Positions 28,829-36,097 of a stretch of DNA of 41,379 nt are shown piece after piece. The stretch lies in assembly GCA_018971215.1 (NCBI GenBank), contig JAGXBG010000001.1, positions 1 to 41,379 on the forward strand, given 5' to 3'. The notes beneath the pieces were generated by a model that saw only the letters and a list, made by a program, of their open reading frames with translations, ran no database searches and was not told the DNA's origin. Position 1 is the stretch's first letter. Every line of letters begins with the position of its first letter. The position numbers and the translations under genes are program-made. The stretch comes from Alphaproteobacteria bacterium. GTDB lineage: Bacteria > Pseudomonadota > Alphaproteobacteria > ATCC43930 > CGMCC-115725.

Positions 28829-29932
28829 CTACGGCGCCGCGCGCCGCGCAAGGAACGCCACCGGCGGCCGGCCGGCGGCAGAACGCCAGCACATCCACAG
28901 CACCAAGATGAACGGCCCGATGGCGTTGACGTAGATGAGGGGGATGACGGTCAAGGTGCTGCGCGCAAGATTCGTCAGACCGACGTCGACGATCTCGATC
29001 GCCAGCGCCGTCGCGATGGCGATGAGAATGCGGCGCGCCTGGCCGCGGCGATTGAACTCGCCGGGCAACAGGCACAGAATCGGAATGGCCGCCATCGACA
29101 ACGCCGTCAACGGACCGGCGAGCCGCATGTTGAGCTCGACCACCAGCGCCTGGTTGTTAAGGTTGTCCAGCAGCTCGCCCAGATAGAGCTCGTCGGGCTG
29201 ACGGTCGCGCAGCGTCGGCGCATTCTGCATCTCTGACAGATCGAGCGTATAGCTCTTGAATGACAGCGACGACAACTTGCCGGTGAGGTGGTCGAACTGT
29301 TGGCGCGTTCCGTTCACCATCAGAATGCGCGGACCCTCGGGTGTGTCGACGAGGGCGCCACGCTCGGCGGTTATGGTGATGGGCTTGTCCTTGTCGCTGG
29401 TGTTTTCGATCAGCAGACCGAGGAGGTCGCCTTTGGAATCCCGCTGTCTGACATAGACCATCAACGTATCCGACAGCGTGTTGAACACGCCTTCTTGGAT
29501 CAGGGCGGTGGCGAATTTGTTGCGGATCTCAAACTGCAGGTCCTTGAACGCGCGATTGGATGCCGGCAGGAAATAGAACGCCATGACGTAAAGCGTGACC
29601 ATGCCGGCGGCGCCGACCATCAGCGCAGGCTTGGCGAGCGCCCACTGGCTCATTCCCGACGCGCGCATGACGACGAGCTCGCTTTCGGCGATCAGCTTGG
29701 CATAGATGAAGACGATCGCGGTGAAGACCGCGATCGGCAGCACGACGTCGACGAAGCGCGGCAGGATCAGCACCGCGAGATAAAGAAAGAGCCCGATCGA
29801 GAGTCCACGATTAACGATCAAGTCGACGAGGCGCAGCGATTGCAAAAGCCACACCGCCGCACTGAAGATGACGCCGACCGAAAGCGTCACCATCAGGGCC
29901 TGGCGGAACACGTACCACGTCAGCCGATCCAT
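28829..29932 (-). CDS. lptF: LPS export ABC transporter permease LptF
   Basis: 367 aa. MDRLTWYVFRQALMVTLSVGVIF..., YjgP/YjgQ family, first gene of the lptF-lptG-lptD string. Confidence 0.9.
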   Translation of the reverse strand: MDRLTWYVFRQALMVTLSVGVIFSAAVWLLQSLRLVDLIVNRGLSIGLFLYLAVLILPRFVDVVLPIAVFTAIVFIYAKLIAESELVVMRASGMSQWALAKPALMVGAAGMVTLYVMAFYFLPASNRAFKDLQFEIRNKFATALIQEGVFNTLSDTLMVYVRQRDSKGDLLGLLIENTSDKDKPITITAERGALVDTPEGPRILMVNGTRQQFDHLTGKLSSLSFKSYTLDLSEMQNAPTLRDRQPDELYLGELLDNLNNQALVVELNMRLAGPLTALSMAAIPILCLLPGEFNRRGQARRILIAIATALAIEIVDVGLTNLARSTLTVIPLIYVNAIGPFILVLWMCWRSAAGRPPVAFLARRAAP

Positions 29933-29940
29933 GACGCGCG

Positions 29941-29946
29941 ATTATA
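29941..29946 (-). promoter_or_regulatory. Perfect TATAAT -10 hexamer 8 nt upstream of the lptF ATG (possible leaderless transcript)
   Basis: The minus strand reads CACC-TATAAT-CGCGCGTC-ATG. There is no purine-rich Shine-Dalgarno sequence between the hexamer and the ATG, and no good -35 element. Confidence 0.3.
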
Positions 29947-30106
29947 GGTGTGGCGCGTCTTCCGCCATAGCGGAATTGCCGCCGCCGGCGTGGTGAACCT
30001 GGCGATTCGTTCGTTGGGTGAAGCGGCTTGCGAGCCGACCAGCGGCGTGGAAATCTCCCAGCGCGCGGCGAATGGAGATGCGGTGTCGGATCGAGGGGGG
30101 ATTGAT

Positions 30107-31627
30107 TTGGCGGATTTGCCGTTCCGCGTCTTCGCCGCATTGTTCGTGGCGCTGCTGTTGGTCGCCTGCATTCCGCTGCTGCTGACACCGCTGCCGCCGC
30201 TGGTCGACTATCCGAACCATCTTGCGCGCATGCACCTGCTCGCCGGGCTGAGCCGCTCGCCGACGCTGCGGCAATACTATGCCTTGGCCTGGCGGCCGCT
30301 GCCCGATCTGGCGATGGACGCGCTGGTGCCGCCGCTGCTCGCCGTGGTGTCGCTGCAAACCGCCGGCAAGCTGTTTCTCGTGGCGACTTATTTTTTGCCG
30401 ACTGGCGGCGTGGCCGTGCTCCATCGGGTGCTGAACGGACGCTGGTCGGCGTGGTCGCTGACGGCATTCCTGCTGATCTACAACCGGCTGCTGTTGTGGG
30501 GCTTCGTCAATTTTCTCTTCGGCCTCGGCCTGGCGTTCTGGGCGCTCGCCGGCTGGATCGCATGGCGCGAGCGCGACATCGCGTGGCGTCTGGGTTTCGG
30601 CCTGATCGCCGCGCTGGCGATCTATTTCGCGCATCTGATGGCGTTCGGCATCTACGGTGCGATGGTCGCAGGCTACGAGGCGGGCCGGCTGTGGCGCGTC
30701 CGCGCCGCGCCGGCCGTTGCCGTCGGCACCATGCTCGTCGCGTTCTTGCCGTTCCTGCCGAGCTTGGCGTTGTTCGCCGTCGAATTCGTGCCGCTGCATG
30801 CGGCGACGAGCATCGGCTCCGGCATCCGTTTCGCCCGGCCGGTGCGCAAACTCGACCTGCCGTTCAGCATCTTCGATCTTTACAACCGTCCGTTCGACAT
30901 CGCCTGCTTCGCCCTCATGGTGATCGGCGCGGCGTTCGCCTATTGGCGGCGGTGGCTGCGCGTCACGCCGGTGGCGGCCGCGCCGCTGATCGTTCTTGCG
31001 CTGCTTTATGTTTTCATGCCCGACACGCTGTTCGGCGCAACCGGTGCCGATCGCCGGATGCCGCTGGCGGTCGTCTTGCTGCTGATCGGTGGCAGCGCCT
31101 GGCAGGCACCGTTTGCGCGCGTGGGGCGGTTCTTCCTGCCTGCGGCTTTTGTCCTTTTCGCGTTGCGCCTCGGCGTCGTTGCCGCGACGTGGCAGGCCGG
31201 CGGACGGCTCTATGCCGATTTGCTTACCGGCCTCAACACGTTGCCGGCCGGCGCGCGCGTCGCCGTCGCCTTCGCGGATGCCGAAGTCAATGTCGAGGCG
31301 GCGCCGCTGCTCCATTTCCCCGTTCTCGCGATTGCGCGCCGCGATGCCTTTGTGCCGACCTTGTTTGCCTACGCGACGCAGCAACCGGTCACGTTCACGC
31401 ATGAATACGGCGCGGTCGCCGACCAGCTCTCGGCCGATGCGCTGTGGCGTTTCTATGTCGCCGGCGGCACGAAGCTGCCGCCGGAGGTCGCACAGGCGCT
31501 GGCGCATTGCCGCTACATTACCTTCGCTGGCCGGTGGCCGTTTGTGGTACGCGCTGGCAGCGGTCTGCAACCGGTTTTCATCTCACCGCGCTTCCAGATC
31601 TACCGCCTGCCCGGGGCATCGACGTGA
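30107..31627 (+). CDS. Uncharacterised polytopic inner-membrane protein with C-terminal soluble domain (GT-C-like architecture), protein A
   Basis: G/C-biased third positions throughout. By eye, about 9-11 hydrophobic helices followed by a non-hydrophobic C-terminal domain of about 150 aa. The first loop is PPLVDYPNHLARMHLLAG. Start is uncertain: TTG 30107 (preceded by GAGGGGGG, just before TM1) is preferred, GTG 30083 or GTG 29948 (the longest ORF) are possible, and no in-frame ATG is available. Confidence 0.7.
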   Translation: MADLPFRVFAALFVALLLVACIPLLLTPLPPLVDYPNHLARMHLLAGLSRSPTLRQYYALAWRPLPDLAMDALVPPLLAVVSLQTAGKLFLVATYFLPTGGVAVLHRVLNGRWSAWSLTAFLLIYNRLLLWGFVNFLFGLGLAFWALAGWIAWRERDIAWRLGFGLIAALAIYFAHLMAFGIYGAMVAGYEAGRLWRVRAAPAVAVGTMLVAFLPFLPSLALFAVEFVPLHAATSIGSGIRFARPVRKLDLPFSIFDLYNRPFDIACFALMVIGAAFAYWRRWLRVTPVAAAPLIVLALLYVFMPDTLFGATGADRRMPLAVVLLLIGGSAWQAPFARVGRFFLPAAFVLFALRLGVVAATWQAGGRLYADLLTGLNTLPAGARVAVAFADAEVNVEAAPLLHFPVLAIARRDAFVPTLFAYATQQPVTFTHEYGAVADQLSADALWRFYVAGGTKLPPEVAQALAHCRYITFAGRWPFVVRAGSGLQPVFISPRFQIYRLPGAST

Positions 31628-33468
31628 TGGCGCTGTTGGTGCCGAGCCTCGCCCAGCTTGCGGGCTGGGCGGCGGTCGGTTTTGCGGCGCTGATGTTCAT
31701 CGGCCTTGGCCGGCTGGTGAGCCGGGGCAGGGCGCTGCCCGAGATCGCCCTGATTGCGGGATGGGGCGTGGCGTGCTGGATCCTTACGATCTGGGGCGTC
31801 GCGCTGCCGATTTCGCTGCGCGTGCCGGCCATCGCCCTGACCGCGGCCGGTCTTATTGGTTTGATCCAGCCGCGCAGTCGCCTGACGGCGGCGGATTGGC
31901 GGGCGCTGGGTCGCGTCCTGCTTCTGTCGTTGCCGTTGCTCGCGGTGATGGTTTCGGCGCGCCCGAGCCAGCCTGATACCTTTCTCAATCTTCTGCCCAA
32001 TGCAGCCTACCTTTACGACCACGGCTTGTTTCCGGCCGCTGGCCGGCCGGCGGCGCATTCGCTGTTGCCGGCCGCGCCCTACAACCTGCAATTCGTGGCG
32101 CTGATCGCCGGCCTGGTGACGCCACAATTCCCGTTCGTGGCATTGATCGCCTTCAACGTCGCGTTGCAGCTCGCCGCCGGATTGCTGCTCGCGCGCCTGG
32201 TTGCCGACAGCGACGATCGGGCGGAACCGCCCGGTTGGAGCGTCGTCGCCTTCGGCCTGCTGTTGGCCACGGCGCTCAATCCCGGTTTCGTGCCGCGTTA
32301 TCACCTGTCGGGATACAGCGAGCCATCGGTGACCGTGGTGCTCGCGATCGCGGGGTATCTCGCCTTGCGGCGCGATCGTATGTCGGTCTGGCTGTTGGCG
32401 GCTGCGCTCGCCGCGTTGGTCGAGATCAAGCAGGACAGCGTCGCGTTGGCGCTTGGCATCATGCTCGCGGCGTCGGCGCAGCCGCCGGACGTTGGCGGCA
32501 GCGGCGGTGTGGTCGTGCGACGTGCGGTCATGGCCGCGATCCCGGCTGGCGTGCTGTATGCCGCGTGGACCTGGTACGTGCACGCGCAGTTTGCCAGCTC
32601 CGACGTCGAGCTGACGTGGATGCCGCTGGCGCAGTGGCAGTGGCACATGTTGCCGATGGTCTTGCGCCAGATCGCGCGCATCGTCGCCGAGAAGGTCGTT
32701 TTCTTCGGACCGCTCCTTGCCGTGCTGATCGCGTTTATCGTTCGCGCTTGTCGCCGCGCGCCGCTGGCTGCGCCTGGCCAGCGCACCGGCCTGACATTGC
32801 TGGTCGTCACATTGGTCTATAACGCTGCGCTGCTCGTCAGCTACATCGGGCATTTCAGCGGCCAAATGGCCGCCGACGCGCACTCGTTCTTCCGCTACAA
32901 CACGCACCTCACGCTGTTGTTGATGGTGACGCTGGTGCTGATGCTGCGCGCGCCGGCGCGTGCGTGGTTTACGGGCCTGACGCTGCGCAGGCGGCAATGG
33001 CTGGGCGGGCTCGCAATCGCCGTTTTCATCGGCTGCCCGGTGGTGTTCTTGCATTTCCTGCGCTTCGATCTCGAGACGCCGCAACTGCGTGCCTGGGATT
33101 TGGCGAAACATCTCGCCGCCGCCGTCGGGCCGGACGACCGCGTCGCACTTATCCTGCCAGGCGATGGTGGCAGCCTGTTTCCCGTCCTCGAAGGCCTGGT
33201 GCGGATGACGCCACCGCGCCGGCCCAACCTTGTTCTCGACGACCTGCCGACGCTGGCGTCGGACACGTTCGCCAAACTTACCGCCAACCGATGGGCGTTG
33301 ATCTCATGCACGCCATCCGGCATGGCGGGCGTTCCCGAAGGCGAGGCAGCGCTCTTCGCGCACGGTACCAACGGCTGGACGCTTGTCGATCAGTGGCGAT
33401 ATCCGCCGGCGGATGACGGACATTGGTCGCGGGTAATCGCCCTGGCACCGCTCTGTCTGCCCGGTTGA
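31627..33468 (+). CDS. Uncharacterised polytopic inner-membrane protein with C-terminal soluble domain (GT-C-like architecture), protein B
   Basis: 613 aa from ATG 31627, which overlaps the TGA of protein A (GTGATGG). By eye, about 12-14 hydrophobic helices. Loop SQPDTFLNLLPNAAYLYDHG. C-terminal soluble domain of about 130 aa. The upstream part of the tracked ORF (31444-31626) overlaps protein A and is Arg-rich. Confidence 0.7.
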   Translation: MALLVPSLAQLAGWAAVGFAALMFIGLGRLVSRGRALPEIALIAGWGVACWILTIWGVALPISLRVPAIALTAAGLIGLIQPRSRLTAADWRALGRVLLLSLPLLAVMVSARPSQPDTFLNLLPNAAYLYDHGLFPAAGRPAAHSLLPAAPYNLQFVALIAGLVTPQFPFVALIAFNVALQLAAGLLLARLVADSDDRAEPPGWSVVAFGLLLATALNPGFVPRYHLSGYSEPSVTVVLAIAGYLALRRDRMSVWLLAAALAALVEIKQDSVALALGIMLAASAQPPDVGGSGGVVVRRAVMAAIPAGVLYAAWTWYVHAQFASSDVELTWMPLAQWQWHMLPMVLRQIARIVAEKVVFFGPLLAVLIAFIVRACRRAPLAAPGQRTGLTLLVVTLVYNAALLVSYIGHFSGQMAADAHSFFRYNTHLTLLLMVTLVLMLRAPARAWFTGLTLRRRQWLGGLAIAVFIGCPVVFLHFLRFDLETPQLRAWDLAKHLAAAVGPDDRVALILPGDGGSLFPVLEGLVRMTPPRRPNLVLDDLPTLASDTFAKLTANRWALISCTPSGMAGVPEGEAALFAHGTNGWTLVDQWRYPPADDGHWSRVIALAPLCLPG

Positions 33469-33473
33469 GCGGG

Positions 33474-33503
33474 TTGACACTGCAGCGATTTCAACGCTCT
33501 ATC
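33474..33503 (+). promoter_or_regulatory. Promoter candidate for pepA-holC
   Basis: Perfect -35 TTGACA (33474-33479), 6 nt after the protein B stop. Only a weak -10 (CTCTAT/TCTATC at 17-18 nt spacing). Confidence 0.3.
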
Positions 33504-33534
33504 GCTGTTTCGCCGTTTGCATCGAGGATCGGCT

Positions 33535-35031
33535 ATGAAAATCAAATTCGTGCCGCCGCGCTTACCCCGAACGGGAACGCTCGTGCTTTTCGTCGGCGAG
33601 GGGCGGAAATTGTCGCCGCAAGCCACGCAGCTCGATCGTCGCAGCGGCAAGGCGTTAACCCGCGCGTTGGGCGCGTCGCGTTTCAAGGGCAAGGCGGAAG
33701 AGACGCTGGCGATTTTGGCGCCGGCCAAGCTCGGCGTGGCGCGCGTTCTGTTGGTGGGGACCGGCAAGGCCGACCCCGCCGATCGGGCGCTGTGGCAGCA
33801 TTGTGGCGGCGTTATTCTGGCGGCGCTCAATGGTGCGGGCGAGAGCGAAGCGGCGGTGTTGGTCGAAGCCGGAGATCGTGCGGCCGAGATCGCGGCGCAT
33901 GTCGCTTACGGTGCGCGCCTGCGCTCCTATCGTTTCGACAAGTACCGCACCAAGGAAAAGTCCGAACAGAAGCCGTCGCTCAAAACATTGTCGATCCTGG
34001 TCGACGACGTCGCCGCCGCGCGCCGCCGTTTTGCACCGCTCGACAAGATTGCCGACGGCGTGTTCTTCACCCGCGACCTGGTTTCCGAACCGGCCAACGT
34101 GATCTATCCCGAGACGCTCGCCGACCGCGCCAAGGAGCTGACCGAACTCGGCGTTACGGTCGAGATCCTCGACGAGAAGAAGATGGCGGCGCTTGGCATG
34201 GGGGCGCTGCTCGGCGTCGGACAGGGCAGCGCCCGCCCGCCGCGGCTGCTGGTCATGCAGTGGCATGGCGCCGACGACAAAAAGCAGGCGCCGGTTGCGT
34301 TCGTCGGCAAGGGGATCACCTTCGACACCGGTGGCATCTCGATCAAGCCGTCCGCCGGCATGGAAGACATGAAGTGGGATATGGGCGGCGCCGGCGCCGT
34401 GATCGGCCTGATGACGGCCTTGGCTGGACGCAAGGCCAAGGTCAACGTCGTCGGCGTCGGCGCGTTGGCCGAGAACATGCCCTCGGGCACCGCGCAGCGG
34501 CCGGGCGACATCGTCAAATCGATGTCCGGCCAGACCATCGAGGTGCTCAATACCGACGCCGAAGGGCGCTTGGTGCTGGCGGATGCGCTTTGGTACTGCC
34601 AGGACCGCTTCAAGCCGCGGGCGATGATCGACCTCGCGACGCTAACCGGCGCGATCATCATCGCGCTCGGCCACGAGCATGCCGGTCTCTATAGCAACGA
34701 CGACAAGCTCGCCGAACAGCTTGCCGCCGCGGGCAAGGCGACGGGCGAGACGCTGTGGCGCATGCCGTTGGGCGACGCCTACAACAAGATGATGGACAGC
34801 GACGCGGCCGATGTGAAGAACATCAGCGGTGGCCGCGATGCCGGCAGCGTCACCGCCGCGACCTTCCTCGAACGCTTCGTCAACAAAGTGCCGTGGGCGC
34901 ATCTCGACATCGCCGGCACGGCGTGGGCGACCAAGGACAAGCCGACTGCGCCGAAAGGCGCCACCGGTTTCGGCGTGCGCCTGTTGAACCGGTTCGTCCG
35001 CGACAATTACGAGACCCGCGACGGCAAGTGA
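33535..35031 (+). CDS. pepA: Leucyl aminopeptidase (M17)
   Basis: 498 aa from ATG 33535 (MKIKFVPPRL..., RBS GAGGA). M17 signature NTDAEGRLVLADAL, plus VGKGITFDTGGISIKP. Confidence 0.95.
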   Translation: MKIKFVPPRLPRTGTLVLFVGEGRKLSPQATQLDRRSGKALTRALGASRFKGKAEETLAILAPAKLGVARVLLVGTGKADPADRALWQHCGGVILAALNGAGESEAAVLVEAGDRAAEIAAHVAYGARLRSYRFDKYRTKEKSEQKPSLKTLSILVDDVAAARRRFAPLDKIADGVFFTRDLVSEPANVIYPETLADRAKELTELGVTVEILDEKKMAALGMGALLGVGQGSARPPRLLVMQWHGADDKKQAPVAFVGKGITFDTGGISIKPSAGMEDMKWDMGGAGAVIGLMTALAGRKAKVNVVGVGALAENMPSGTAQRPGDIVKSMSGQTIEVLNTDAEGRLVLADALWYCQDRFKPRAMIDLATLTGAIIIALGHEHAGLYSNDDKLAEQLAAAGKATGETLWRMPLGDAYNKMMDSDAADVKNISGGRDAGSVTAATFLERFVNKVPWAHLDIAGTAWATKDKPTAPKGATGFGVRLLNRFVRDNYETRDGK

Positions 35032-35480
35032 CCGATATCGGTTTCTATCATCTGCGTAGCCTGACGCTCGACCGCGCCTTGCCGCAGCTGCTTGAGAAAG
35101 CCTATGCCGGCGGTTACCGCGTCGTGGTGATGGCCGGTTCTGCCGAGCGCGTCGATCACCTCAACGCGCTGCTGTGGACCTACGGCGAAGCCGCCTTCCT
35201 GCCGCATGGCTCGACCAAGGACGGCAATGCGGCGCAACAGCCGATCTGGCTCACGGTCGACGACGAAAACCCCAACAACGCGGATATGCTCGTGCTGGTC
35301 GACGGCGCGACCGCGCAGAGCGTCGACCGTTACAAGCGGGTGCTCGACGTTTTCGACGGCAACGACGAGGCCGCAGTCGCCGCGGCGCGCGAGCGCTGGC
35401 AGCAGGCCAAGGCCGCCGGCCATGCCCTGACCTATTGGCAGCAGACCGACAAGGGCTGGGAGAAAGCTGGCGCGGGTTGA
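35028..35480 (+). CDS. holC: DNA polymerase III chi subunit
   Basis: 150 aa from the GTG at 35028, which overlaps the pepA stop (GTGA). TDIGFYHLRSLTLDRALPQLLEKAYAGGYRVVVMAGSAERVDHLNALLWTY..FLPHG is the typical chi pattern. Conserved position downstream of pepA. Confidence 0.85.
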   Translation: MTDIGFYHLRSLTLDRALPQLLEKAYAGGYRVVVMAGSAERVDHLNALLWTYGEAAFLPHGSTKDGNAAQQPIWLTVDDENPNNADMLVLVDGATAQSVDRYKRVLDVFDGNDEAAVAAARERWQQAKAAGHALTYWQQTDKGWEKAGAG

Positions 35481-35505
35481 AGCCCGCAGCCGGTCCCGCT
35501 ATAAA
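35477..35505 (+). promoter_or_regulatory. Sigma70-type promoter candidate for ndk
   Basis: TTGAAG (35477-35482, overlapping the holC stop), a 17-nt spacer, then TATAAA (35500-35505), 35 nt upstream of the ndk ATG. Confidence 0.45.
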
Positions 35506-35540
35506 CCCGCGACTTTTACGCCAGCAATGAGGCCCGGCCC

Positions 35541-35951
35541 ATGGCCAACGAACGTACGCTTTCGATCATCAAGCCCGACGCAACGCGTCGCAATCTGACC
35601 GACAAGATCAACGCCCGTTTCACCGCGCGTGGCCTTAAAGTCGTCGCACAAAAGCCGCTGCACCTGTCGTGCCCGCAGGCCGAAGGGTTTTATGAGGTGC
35701 ACAAGGAGCGGCCGTTCTTCCGCAGCCTAGTCACGTTCATGACGTCAGGGCCAGTGGTGGTCCAGGTGCTCGAAGGCGAAAATGCGGTCGCGCTCAACCG
35801 CGAGATCATGGGCGCGACGGATCCCGCCAAGGCGGCGCCGGGCACCATCCGCAAGGATTTCGCCGAATCGATCGAAGCCAACTCGGTCCACGGCTCGGAT
35901 TCCGCCGAGACCGCGCAACGCGAAATCGCGTTCTTCTTTCCCGAGCTTTAG
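35541..35951 (+). CDS. ndk: Nucleoside-diphosphate kinase
   Basis: 136 aa. [24 protein letters not shown], and active-site NSVHGSDS. Confidence 0.96.
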   Translation: MANERTLSIIKPDATRRNLTDKINARFTARGLKVVAQKPLHLSCPQAEGFYEVHKERPFFRSLVTFMTSGPVVVQVLEGENAVALNREIMGATDPAKAAPGTIRKDFAESIEANSVHGSDSAETAQREIAFFFPEL

Positions 35952-36067
35952 ACCAGGAAGTAGGCGAGCAGCACCAGGACGACGACGATCGTCCCGATCG
36001 CCCAGCGAAGCAGCCGCGCAAAGCCGAGCCAAGTCTCGCGGTGCGGTTGCAGGTCAAACGCGCTCAT
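35948..36067 (-). CDS. 39-aa single-pass membrane peptide, aa3-type cytochrome oxidase subunit IV-like (COX4_pro_2-type signature)
   Basis: Not in the supplied ORF track, being below its size cut-off. I translated it by hand as ATG 36067 ... TAA 35950-35948, giving [44 protein letters not shown] lies 8 nt upstream of the ATG and third positions are G/C-biased. The pattern H-x-x-T-W-x-G-F-x(5)-W followed by one TM helix matches what I recall of the small bacterial oxidase subunit IV family. Confidence 0.5.
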   Translation of the reverse strand: MSAFDLQPHRETWLGFARLLRWAIGTIVVVLVLLAYFLV

Positions 36068-36097
36068 CAAAAGCCCCTGAACAGGAAACTCGGCAAG

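Noticed and set aside
30090-30096. The heptamer ATCGAGG upstream of the protein A start, repeated at 33521-33527 upstream of the pepA start. I considered it as a possible target-site duplication flanking the A-B insertion.
   Set aside because: It is only 7 nt and overlaps Shine-Dalgarno-like GAGG in both places, so it is explained by RBS function. It is too short to support a duplication without comparative data.
29942-33111. Two long minus-strand ORFs (29942-31570, 542 aa; 31600-33111, 503 aa) antisense to membrane proteins A and B.
   Set aside because: Their composition is dominated by R, Q, E, D, G, A and P, with no hydrophobic core or motifs. They are the complement of Leu/Ala/Gly-rich membrane-protein codons. 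The + strand frames show coherent TM-helix periodicity and G/C-rich third positions.
33423-34694. A 423-aa + strand ORF in an alternative frame of pepA.
   Set aside because: It is Arg/Gly/Ala-rich junk. The pepA frame carries the M17 signature NTDAEGRL.
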